Source: Blastocatellia bacterium (GTDB lineage: Bacteria > Acidobacteriota > Blastocatellia > UBA7656). Taken from it: a stretch of 64,000 bases of DNA. The notes below the pieces were generated by a model. It made no database searches. It worked only from the letters and a program-made list of their open reading frames with translations, and was not told the DNA's origin. The stretch is taken from assembly GCA_963765495.1 (NCBI GenBank), contig CAVXWP010000005.1, positions 32,001 through 96,000 on the forward strand. Reading direction: 5' to 3'. The stretch's first letter is position 1. Every line of letters starts with the position of its first letter. Below, piece by piece: positions 19,682 through 29,038 of this stretch. Both the position numbers and the translations under genes were made by a program.

Positions 19682-22282
19682 TCAATAGATCAGATATTTC
19701 CGCCTGATGCGCCCGTATTCGGCAAGCCCTCCCTGCCAGCTAGCCGCTATCGCCGAAGTGCTTCTCCCTTCCTTGAGCGCCATAAACGCCGCGCGGTTTG
19801 CAAGCAGACGCGTGTAATCGTCAACTTTCCATATGCCCGGATAAAGATGGTTCAGGTGATATGCGATCTCTATCCCCATAGCCACGGGGCGAAACGAGGA
19901 GCGATCCGTGATTATTATATTCACGCCGCCACACTCCGTGCCTGCGAACTTCGAACTGCCGGGAGTAAAGCGCGTAGGCACAAACCGCGCGCCTGTTACC
20001 CCTGCTCGATTCAGCGTCGCGGCCAGTTTCTCTCCGTCGAGCCAGGGGGCTCCTATGATTTCAAACGGCGTATCGGTCCCGCGCCCAACCGACAGATTGG
20101 TAGTCTCAAGCAAACCCACACCCGGATAGAGAAGGGCTTCGGTGAGGCTTCGCATGTTTGGCGAAGGATTGACCCATCTGAGCGCCGTGCCGTCAAAATA
20201 GTCTGCGCGCCGCCAGCCCTCCATCTCGATCACCATAAGGTCTGCGCCCACTTTGCGCTCCGAATTATAGAGCCGCGCAAACTCGCCCACCGTCAGGCCA
20301 TGCCGCACGGGAAGCGCATAGGGAGCCGTAAAATCCTGGCCGGTTGTCAACTCGCTGTCGGCAACCGGGCCTTCGATGTCATATCCGTTTATGGGATTTG
20401 GTCGATCCAGCACTACAAACCTTATCCCGGCTTTTGCCGCCTCTTCCATCGCCCACGCGCAGGTGGTTATATAGGTATAAAAGCGCGTGCCGATGTCCTG
20501 TATGTCAAAGACCAGGGCATCTATTCCGCGCAGCATCTCAGGTTGAGGGCGCTCGCGCCCCTTTGCGTAAAGGCTGTAAATGGGAAGCCTCGTCTTCTCA
20601 TCCCGCGCGGTCTCGTTTATCGGCGCATCTTCGGTTCCGCGCAATCCATGCTCGGGCGCAAAGATCGCGACAAGCTTCAGATTCTTTGCCTCGGCGAGCG
20701 TGTCTATGGTAGAGCGTCCCTTGCTATCACACCCGGTTTGATTTGTTATAAGCCCGATTCTTTTGCCTTCGAGTTGTCTGAATCCGTCGCGTTCGAGAAC
20801 ATCTATCCCGGTCATCACAGGATGCAACGGCCCCGAAGGCGCGGCGCGGTTGAAATTGGGACGCGGCGTTTCTGCGTACATGGGCGCGGCCAGAAAATCG
20901 AATATAGGCGTATACGGAGGTTCGGTTATCGACCCTGCCACGATTGAGGCTACTGCCGAGCGCAGCCCCGTGACGCTGCCCTTGCCGTCCGGGTGAACGC
21001 GGTTGGCGAGCAGCACGACAAAGGTCTGGCTCGCCGGGTCCAGCCAGATGCTCGTGCCGGTGAACCCCGTGTGGCCGAATGTGCCTACGGGGAAAAGGTC
21101 TCCGCGATTTGAAGAGAAGACCGTGTTTACATCCCAGCCTATGCCGCGCATCTCGGATGCAGGCAGAGAGTGCGCGCTCACCATGCGTTTGATTGTGTAG
21201 GGGGCGAGTATACGCGTTCCCGCATACTCGCCTCCGTTGAGCATCATCTGACAGAAGATGGCCAGATCATCTGCCGTAGAGAAAAGCCCCGCGTGTCCCG
21301 CCACCCCGCCCATCTCGTAAGAGCGCGGGTCGTGCACTTCTCCGCGCATCCATCGCCCCTCGCGGTTTTCCGTGGGAGCGATGCGGGCCGGGGACCGGGG
21401 GCCGGGGGCCGGGGGCCGGTTTAATGAATCGCGAGATGATTTCTGTGCCGATTTGTTTTCAGGAAATGGGTCTTTCGGCAATTCCTCCTGCCCCCGGCCC
21501 CCCGCCCCCGGCCTCCAGAAAGTCTCTCTCATTCTAAGAGGCGTGAAGATATTGCGCTCGGCAAATTCATCGAGAGCGAGGCCCGAAACCCGGCGGATGA
21601 TTTCGGCGGCGACAATGTATCCGACATCCGAATAGACGAACCGCGTGCCCGGTTCATAGCCGGGGCGTAATTTATAAATCTCTTCGAGAGCGTTGACCCT
21701 TACGCCTGCGTAATCGCTGATGTCGTTATCGGGCGGAAGCCCGGCGCGATGAGTCAGCAATTGCTCGATGGTTATGCGCTCTTTCCCGTATTGCGCAAAT
21801 TCCGGGATGTAGCGCGCCACGGGGTCTGCCAGGCTCAGTTGTCCGCGCTCAACCAGAATCATCATCGAAGTGGCCGTGGCAATGACTTTTGTAAGCGACG
21901 CGAGATCGAATATCGTGTCTGCGGTCATCGGTTCGCGGGCGGGTTCTGTGGCGCGGTCGCCGAAAGCCTTGCGGTAAACGACGCGGCCAAGACGTGCAAC
22001 CAGCACGACCGCGCCCGGCGTCTCTTTGCCGGAGATTGATTCACTCACCACCTTATCAATCTGCGCAAGCCTTTCGCTCGACATCCCGACCGACTCGGGT
22101 TTTGCCCGAGTGAGCCTGCGTGAAACCCGGTCCTTCGCCGTATCGGTTTTGCGCTGACCCGATGCGAGCGCGGGCAGAAGCAGCGTGATTGCCGTCAGTG
22201 CGGATATCAGCGTTTTTGCGGGATTACGAAGTCGCTCGACGGCGCTCCTGAGATTTGAAATCTGATATCGGAAATTTGACAT
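19682..22282 (-). CDS. Serine hydrolase (beta-lactamase-like) fused to DUF1343/NamZ exo-beta-N-acetylmuramidase domain
   Basis: FDLASLTK (SxxK), YSD, GHTGFTG; then GLITNQTG, APEHG, FDIQDIGTRFYTY, LDRPNP, PSPN; start uncertain (within a heptamer array). Confidence 0.88.
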   Translation of the reverse strand: MSNFRYQISNLRSAVERLRNPAKTLISALTAITLLLPALASGQRKTDTAKDRVSRRLTRAKPESVGMSSERLAQIDKVVSESISGKETPGAVVLVARLGRVVYRKAFGDRATEPAREPMTADTIFDLASLTKVIATATSMMILVERGQLSLADPVARYIPEFAQYGKERITIEQLLTHRAGLPPDNDISDYAGVRVNALEEIYKLRPGYEPGTRFVYSDVGYIVAAEIIRRVSGLALDEFAERNIFTPLRMRETFWRPGAGGRGQEELPKDPFPENKSAQKSSRDSLNRPPAPGPRSPARIAPTENREGRWMRGEVHDPRSYEMGGVAGHAGLFSTADDLAIFCQMMLNGGEYAGTRILAPYTIKRMVSAHSLPASEMRGIGWDVNTVFSSNRGDLFPVGTFGHTGFTGTSIWLDPASQTFVVLLANRVHPDGKGSVTGLRSAVASIVAGSITEPPYTPIFDFLAAPMYAETPRPNFNRAAPSGPLHPVMTGIDVLERDGFRQLEGKRIGLITNQTGCDSKGRSTIDTLAEAKNLKLVAIFAPEHGLRGTEDAPINETARDEKTRLPIYSLYAKGRERPQPEMLRGIDALVFDIQDIGTRFYTYITTCAWAMEEAAKAGIRFVVLDRPNPINGYDIEGPVADSELTTGQDFTAPYALPVRHGLTVGEFARLYNSERKVGADLMVIEMEGWRRADYFDGTALRWVNPSPNMRSLTEALLYPGVGLLETTNLSVGRGTDTPFEIIGAPWLDGEKLAATLNRAGVTGARFVPTRFTPGSSKFAGTECGGVNIIITDRSSFRPVAMGIEIAYHLNHLYPGIWKVDDYTRLLANRAAFMALKEGRSTSAIAASWQGGLAEYGRIRRKYLIY
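21384..21515. repeat. In-frame heptamer inverted-repeat element (GGGGCCG / CGGCCCC) inside the CDS
   Basis: 5 units at 21384-21418 and 4 complementary units at 21488-21515; encodes GAGGRG...RPPAPGPRSPA. Confidence 0.85.
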
Positions 22283-22372
22283 CTCAAATCGGAAATCGGA
22301 AATTTCAACTCTCTGATGAAATTGTCTGGGGAAACATCTATTCATTTCGAATCTCAAATCACGAATCACGAA
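22247..22372. repeat. Degenerate heptamer arrays (TTTGAAA/TCGGAAA/TCTCAAA/TCACGAA)
   Basis: About 9 in-register units at 22247-22309 and 4 at 22345-22372, overlapping the SSS stop codon. Confidence 0.85.
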
Positions 22373-23850
22373 TCATGTAGCTCAGACGATTTCGCGGCAG
22401 GCAGATCATCGAGTGCGAGGCTCGCAAGATAGCCGGTCGCAAACGTCACTATTGATCCTATCAGCACAAACCACGGCCAGGCCACCGTCACTCCGAAAGA
22501 CGGCAACACGAAATTCACGATAAGCATAAACAGTATGCCGAATACGAGCCCTGTCAGCGCGCTCTTTTCGAGCACGCGAGTTGTGAGCGTGCCGAGGAAA
22601 AAGAGTCCGAGTATGGGGCCGTTTGTGAATGCCGCTACCGCAAGCACCTGATTGACGATTGATTCGTTGAAGCCAGTCCCGCCTGTTGCCACACAGATTT
22701 GCACCACGCCCCAGAAGACGGTCATCCATCGCGATATTTTCAGATAGTGCGCCTCACTCGCCTCGGGTTTGATCATAGGGCGATAGAAATCGGTAAGCGA
22801 TGTCGTAGCCGATGAATTCAGCGATGACGACAGCGTAGACATGGCCGCCGCAAACGTTGCCGCGATGACAAGCCCCGCCACCCCCGTCGGCAGTTCGTGT
22901 ACGATGAAGTAAGGAAATACGCGGTCGGCACGAGCAAACCCGGTTGCGGGCGGGAAGTGACTGTAAAAGACATAAAGCCCCGCGCCGATCATCAAAAAGA
23001 GCGCGAATTGCGCAAGCACTATGACTCCGCTTGCAAGCAACGCCGTGGCCGCCTGTCTGGAAGACCGAGCGCACAGATAACGCTGCGCCATCATCTGATC
23101 TGTTCCGTGTGTGGCCGTCGTAAGAAATGCGCCGCCTACGAGCCCTGCCCAGAAAGTGTAGGCTCTCGACAGGCTGAATATAAAATCGAAGACCTGAAAT
23201 TTGCCCGCCGCCTGCCCCATCGCTACATATTCGCTCCAGCCGCCCGGTATTCGGTCAAGCAGAATGTACCCGGCTATCACGGCCCCCGCGATGTATATGA
23301 ACAGTTGGGAAACGTCGGTCCATATTACGGCCCTCATCCCGCCGAGATATGTGTACAAGATAGTGATCGCGCCGATGATGATTATGGAGAAGGCAAAGCT
23401 CCAGCCCGTGATCTCGCGCAGCACTATGGCCGTAAGCAGCAGGCGGAGCCCATCGGCCAGACTTCGCGTTATCAAAAACAGAAAGGCCGCGGCGCGCTTT
23501 GCCCGGGGGCCGAACCTCTGATCCAGCACCTGATAAACCGTAAACAGGTCGCCGCGAAAATAGAGCGGTATGAAGAGCCACACGATCACGGCCCTTCCAA
23601 GCAAATAGCCGAAGGCCAGTTGCAGGAAAGTCATGTTGCCGCCAAAGGCAAGCCCCGGAATGCTTATGAATGTAGCGGTGCTGGTTTCGGTCGCTACGAT
23701 TGAAAAGGTTATAGCCCACCACGGCACATCGCGGTTGCCTACAAAATAATCGCGTATGTTTTTCTGATTGCGCCCGAAGTACCAGCCAAACAGCATCACC
23801 TGGGCCACGTATAGGATGATGATTATCAGGTCGAGCGCCTGTAATTGCAT
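22366..23850 (-). CDS. Sodium:solute symporter (SSS family)
   Basis: DYFVGNR..PWWA..SIVATETS, GGMRAVIWTD, DQMMAQRYL, AAAMSTLSSSLNS. Confidence 0.93.
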   Translation of the reverse strand: MQLQALDLIIIILYVAQVMLFGWYFGRNQKNIRDYFVGNRDVPWWAITFSIVATETSTATFISIPGLAFGGNMTFLQLAFGYLLGRAVIVWLFIPLYFRGDLFTVYQVLDQRFGPRAKRAAAFLFLITRSLADGLRLLLTAIVLREITGWSFAFSIIIIGAITILYTYLGGMRAVIWTDVSQLFIYIAGAVIAGYILLDRIPGGWSEYVAMGQAAGKFQVFDFIFSLSRAYTFWAGLVGGAFLTTATHGTDQMMAQRYLCARSSRQAATALLASGVIVLAQFALFLMIGAGLYVFYSHFPPATGFARADRVFPYFIVHELPTGVAGLVIAATFAAAMSTLSSSLNSSATTSLTDFYRPMIKPEASEAHYLKISRWMTVFWGVVQICVATGGTGFNESIVNQVLAVAAFTNGPILGLFFLGTLTTRVLEKSALTGLVFGILFMLIVNFVLPSFGVTVAWPWFVLIGSIVTFATGYLASLALDDLPAAKSSELHDS

Positions 23851-23866
23851 ACGAGTCGCTGTTCAA

Positions 23867-24940
23867 TCAGCCTACTGAATCGGAGTCGAGCAGGACCGCC
23901 CGCGAAAGGTTTGGCGGCGCGTCCGGGTTCATGCCGTAAAGCGTCGCTCGCCAGTAAGCCAGCAACTGACCTGTGTGGGCATAGAGCGCGGGGCGAAAAA
24001 TCTCTGAGATATTGCCGCCGATTACAAGCCTTTGATGATGCCCGGCGGCGGCGGATTCTGTTTCTTCGTCGATCAGGAGCGCGTGAGCGCCCGCGGATCG
24101 AATCTCTTCGAGCAAGGTTTTTATATGCGGGCGCTCGGCTGCGGTCGGGAAGATGACGACCTGACTCGCAGAGTCGAGCGCGGCTTTCGGGCCGTGGCGA
24201 AATTCAAGCGAGCGATGTCCGGCGGCCCAGACGAGCGCCATCTCAGTCATCTTGAGCGCGCATTCGTCGGCTGTGCCTTTCATCGCGCCTGAGCCGAGAA
24301 AGAAGAATTTGTCGATGCTCTTATCGGCTGCAATCGCTTTTAAAATTTGTTCGCTTTTGTCGAGCGCGCCGGAAATCAGTTCCGGTATTCGCCCGATCTC
24401 GTCCGCGTAACGACTGCCCGTAGCGCCGTCGGCCAGAAGGTAAAGCCCCGTCAGCATGCAGGTAAACGCCTGAGTCATTACTACGGATCGCTCGAGACAC
24501 TCTACAAAGGCGATCTCTTTGTCACAGACTTCGGCCACCGCGCCGCCCGTTTCGCCTGTTATGGCAAGCGAGCGGGCCTCGCGCTCGCGCGTCAATCGCT
24601 CGACGGCGAGTTTTACCTCCGTAGTCGAGCCGCTGCGGGAGATGGCAATCACAAGCGGGCGGGCATCTTTCGCCAGATAATAATCGGCCGAATTCATCAA
24701 CTCTGAGGACGGCACGGCCGCCACCCTGCGACCGAGCAGGCGGCTCCAGGCAAAAGACGCGCACACGGCCAGATGATGCGACGAACCGCACCCGGTCAGG
24801 ATTATGTCTGTGTACTGATTGAGCGGAAGCAACGACCGGACAAGATTGAGCCGTGCCGGAGCGCGTTCGACCGTCTCTTGCGAGGAGTGCGCCTGGTTGT
24901 GAATCTCTGTGAATGTAGCCGATGAATTTTCCGGGTTCAT
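23867..24940 (-). CDS. SIS-domain sugar-phosphate isomerase/deaminase (GlmS C-terminal/AgaS-like)
   Basis: TGCGSS, ISRSGSTTE, ECALKMTE, EFRHGP, NPDAPPNLSRAV. Confidence 0.88.
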   Translation of the reverse strand: MNPENSSATFTEIHNQAHSSQETVERAPARLNLVRSLLPLNQYTDIILTGCGSSHHLAVCASFAWSRLLGRRVAAVPSSELMNSADYYLAKDARPLVIAISRSGSTTEVKLAVERLTREREARSLAITGETGGAVAEVCDKEIAFVECLERSVVMTQAFTCMLTGLYLLADGATGSRYADEIGRIPELISGALDKSEQILKAIAADKSIDKFFFLGSGAMKGTADECALKMTEMALVWAAGHRSLEFRHGPKAALDSASQVVIFPTAAERPHIKTLLEEIRSAGAHALLIDEETESAAAGHHQRLVIGGNISEIFRPALYAHTGQLLAYWRATLYGMNPDAPPNLSRAVLLDSDSVG

Positions 24941-25332
24941 ATCAAGCCTGTTTGCGAATTTATCCGAAACGCGAATGATGTTTATAACTGCCCCCGAGTG
25001 ATTTGTACAGCCACTCGCTTGTCGGGGCCGATTTTAGCGCCAAACGCAGGGAGCATACCATTTCCAGGTACTTGCGGGGTGTATAGAGTCTTTCCACGGG
25101 CGGTACTTAATTCCCATAAGATTTAGCAATCTTGTAACCACGCGACTTCACAGAGGCCGGGCGATTTGAAATACTTTTTCGAGAACCCGCCTGAAAGTCG
25201 GTACTTAGCCGTCATCCGGCACGAATATCCTTCCACAAATCATTATGGCATACCGCGTGCGGGTCATCCCTAAAGAGAGTGTCGATCCTTGTTTAGGCAA
25301 TGGACAATACCTGAGGCCAGGACGGTATCGGC

Positions 25333-25412
25333 AATGCGGGTTGTGGATTTCGGAACACGGAATGCGGATTCGCAACGAGCGGATAATAGTCTTCCTGATC
25401 TGCAATCCGCAA
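25333..25412. repeat. Degenerate heptamer array (AATGCGG-type) with short complementary arm
   Basis: aatgcgg gttgtgg atttcgg aacacgg aatgcgg ... gatctgc aatccgc. Confidence 0.65.
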
Positions 25413-25692
25413 AAACTCTTGATCACCGTAAAGCAACTCTACCCGCTATTCATATGCTGATCATATGCGGAATGATTTTGCCGTAGAGTTACGGATGAAA
25501 AAAACGTAGCGTCTTTGCGGGAACCTACCGCTCGCAAAGACGTTAAAAATTCCCTGAGAGCTATAAGGGTTTGCTCTGTATTTATCGGTTGTAAATTTTG
25601 TGTGCAAGTGAAACCGACATTGTTATAATCTTCGGGCTGAACTAGCGCTCCTCTCATCGTTCATAAAAGTATATTTTTTCGGAGGCTGTCCC

Positions 25693-28618
25693 ATGATAAC
25701 CATATCGGTAAAGCGCAAATTGTATGTCGTAGTATTTGTAGCAATAATTCTTCTGGTCTTCACCTGTCAGTTTCCGACTGCTGTTACAGGCGCAGGGCCG
25801 CAGCAGCCTTCGAAAGAAGAAGCTACCCGCAATTTAGAGGTCACGCGGGATTTCGATCTGCGGAGCAGTCGCCCGCGCCGCCCGGCAGACATCAACCTGG
25901 AACAGAAGAAGCGGTCGCTTGTCGTTGGACGCTTCCTCGCTCAAGGGCTTGATTCTGAGATGGGATGAGGAGCTTGATTTGCCTCGTCATCTGTTATCAC
26001 TCAGCGCGCCGCTGACCGGACCTTCAAATGATGACCCACTGACAATCGCTCGTAATTTCGTGCTTGAAAACTTCGGTCTGTTTCGCCTTGACTCCGGCCA
26101 TCTCGAAACCGCTCGCGTCTCTGCCATGACGGTTGATGAGCGAGCCGGATTCACTCGTTTAGCCCTGGAGCAACGGGTAAACGGCATACGTGTCTTTGAT
26201 TCGGATATGGTCTTTGTCATCGACCGGAAGGGGCAGGTATTGACAGAATCCGGGAGCTTTATCCCCGAAATAGAGATTCACGCGCCGGAGCCGTCCACGG
26301 CTGTTCTCGCGCCGGAACAGGCGCTCGCCCTCGCCGCCGCAAGTTGCGGGGCTCAATTAAAAGCGCCCATTCGGGCCACCCTCGAAAGCACCCCCGCGCG
26401 CCAGAGAGTAGTCTTTTCATCGGAGGAACTCGACAGCCGCAGCGAGGCCAGTGTGGTCTATTACGCGGTCTCACCTGCGGATGCGAGGGTTGCCTTTCAG
26501 GTATTGCTCTACGGCGTGCCAAAGATGACTGATTCGTATCTGGTCCTGGTGGATGCCCTTACAGGAGAGACGCTCAAACGCCAACGGCTCACTTATGAAA
26601 TGGCTAATCCAGAAGGGCGTGTGTTTACGAAAGAGAATCCCGATGTTTCCGGGACGCGCGAACTGGTATCTTTTGCTGGCGAGGCGCTGGCTTCGCCTCA
26701 AGGGTGGGTCGAGCAGGGCCGCACATCAGGAAATAACGTCGAGGTGCAATTCAATCCCAAAGCTAAGAGCAAGGGCGGCGATGTTATAGAAGCAACGAGC
26801 GACGGCAACTTCGATTTCCCGCTCGATCTGACGCGCCCGCCCATCGAATCTTTTCAGGCGTCGGCCACAAATCTTTTCTACTGGGTCAACGTTGCGCACG
26901 ACAGGTTTTATTCGCTTGGTTTTACCGAATCGGCGCGCAACTTTCAGCAAGAAAACTTTGATCGAGGCGGACGGGGCGGCGACAGCGTTTTGGCCCAAAC
27001 TCTTCTCAGCGCGCAACTCAATCCTTCAAAAACTCCGAAGGCCATGCGCAACAATGCCTACTTTCAGCCTACCACGGACGGCATCAATCCAATGCTCGTT
27101 ATGCTCGCCTGGACGCTATTAGGAGGCGTGGACCGCGACAGTTCTTATGACGCGGGAGTGATCATACACGAATACACTCACGGCGTTTCAACCAGGCTCA
27201 CGGGAACCGATAATAGTATCGGTCTCGCATCGGCTCAGGGGCGGGGCATGGGTGAGGGCTGGTCGGATTTCTTTGCCATCTCATTTCTCGATAACGGAGA
27301 CCGCGCACTCGATGCGCCCGTCGTTGTGGGAGAGTACCTGATAGGCCCGCAGGGGGTTCGCGAGTTTCCCTACAGCACGAATTTCGACCTGAACCCGCTT
27401 ACTTTCGCCGATATTGAAACCAACACAGAATCGCACGCGGTTGGGACCGTATGGTGCACGATACTCTATGATTTAAGGCAATCGCTCATATCGCGCTACG
27501 GCTTTGAGGCCGGGCGGGAGGCGGCCGAGCAATTAGTGGTCGATGGCCTCAAGCTCACCCCCTTTGCGCCCTCCTTCATAGATGCGCGTAACGCCATACT
27601 GCTCGCGGATCAGATGACCAATTCAGGGGCGAATCAGGGTTTGATCTGGAAGGCTTTTGCCAGACGCGGAATGGGCGCCTCTGCGGCTGCGACCTCGGGC
27701 GATTTCAGTTCAACCGGGATAGAGGGCATCATAGAAGGGTATGATGTGCCGCCTCAGTTTTCAGCCGGCTCGCTTGTGATAAATGACAAATTACCCGCCC
27801 CGGCTGCCGTAGGAGAACCGCTCCCGCTTGTAGTGACGGATTTGGACCTGCTCGAGTCGGCTTCGGTTGAAGTGCGCGCAGCAAACCTCAGAACCGGCCA
27901 GGAAGTCCCGCTAACCCTTGAGGCGAGCGAGCCCGGTCGGTTTGCGGGTGGTTTGAGAATTTCCAGACCCGAAGAAGCAGGCGGTCCCCTGGCAGGACTC
28001 CTGGCCGAGCCGGGCGATTCAATCTCGATAACCTATGCCAATGCGCGCAACGAAACGGGCGCGGCTGAAAAGATCGTAGTCCACACCGTAGCCGCGCGCA
28101 GAATCAGCATCCGTGATGAGGGCTTCGAAGAAGGCGCTCAGGGATGGGTATTCCTTCGCAACGGGGATGGCAACAAGAATCTGTGGCACATCACCGACAG
28201 GCTTGGTATAGGCTCTTCTCATTCGCTCTATTACGCGAAGGAGAAACCCAGCAAATCCTTTGTTCCAAAGGATAGCTCGGGAGCCGTCATATCAACCGCG
28301 ATCGATTTGCGAGGAGCGCTTAAACCCAGGCTTGAGTTTGATTACTTTTTCAACGACCAACCGCGCGACTTCGTGATTGCGGAGGTGTTGACTAACTTTT
28401 TTGCCCCGTCCGAAGATCCAACCCGGTCTGCGGTTTTAGGACTGTTGATTCCTGATGAAGCGGTGCAACATCTAACATTCTCTCTGCGCCGGTTTGAAAA
28501 TCACAGCTCCGTGAGCCTGTTATTTCTTTACACCGCATCGTCAAGCGGCACAAATCGCAAGAACTCTATGGGCATCTACATAGACAATATCCGTCTGACC
28601 GCCCTGTCAACCCAATGA
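25693..28618 (+). pseudogene. Fungalysin/M36 metallopeptidase, frameshifted near the 5' end (real lesion or sequencing error)
   Basis: Signal peptide and DFDLR in ORF 25693-25968; FTP propeptide, NLFYWVN..HD, HEYTH, GEGWSD in the +1 frame ORF 25919-28618. Confidence 0.75.
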
Positions 28619-28633
28619 GATGCCGAGTGCAAA

Positions 28634-28688
28634 GAGATAGCCCGAGCCATCTGTCCCCATATATCTGTCCCACGGCTCGGGCTGTCTC
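28634..28688 (+). terminator. Stem-loop downstream of the M36 gene
   Basis: gagatagcccgagcc...ggctcgggctgtctc 15-bp stem; no strong U-tract. Confidence 0.5.
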
Positions 28689-28817
28689 GCTGACTGCCCT
28701 TTACCCGCTCATCCAACCGGGACGGGAGGCATATAAATTCTCAGGAAACGTTAAAAATTGTCTGAGGAATCAATGCTCCGGGTTGTAAGCTTTGACACCT
28801 AACCGATTAAAAAATTG

Positions 28818-28847
28818 TTGACTTCATCACAATCCCTTTGTTATAAC
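28818..28847 (+). promoter_or_regulatory. sigma70-type promoter
   Basis: TTGACT-N18-TATAAC with TG extension, upstream of the cytochrome/TPR gene. Confidence 0.55.
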
Positions 28848-29038
28848 TCGGCTGTTTCTTTTGTCACACAAGAAGAATAGAACGGCCCGCAGAGTGTAAT
28901 TCACCGGCCATCGGATAAACGCATCAAGTACAAACGACCTGGCGTCACGATAATGCTCTTATATCGATCCGGGTCCATTTCGCTGTTCCACGGCGATTTC
29001 CGGCAGATAATGGATTGTGTGAGGTCATACTTTCGATT

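Noticed and set aside
19676-20947. 423-aa plus-strand ORF, and similar long antisense ORFs (e.g. 5294-6379, 34523-35482, 59861-60571)
   Set aside because: Shadow frames of well-supported genes on the opposite strand, expected at this GC content.
25205-25657. Several 65-73 aa ORFs in the SIS-M36 intergenic region
   Set aside because: They overlap heptamer and promoter DNA on both strands and show no coding signature.
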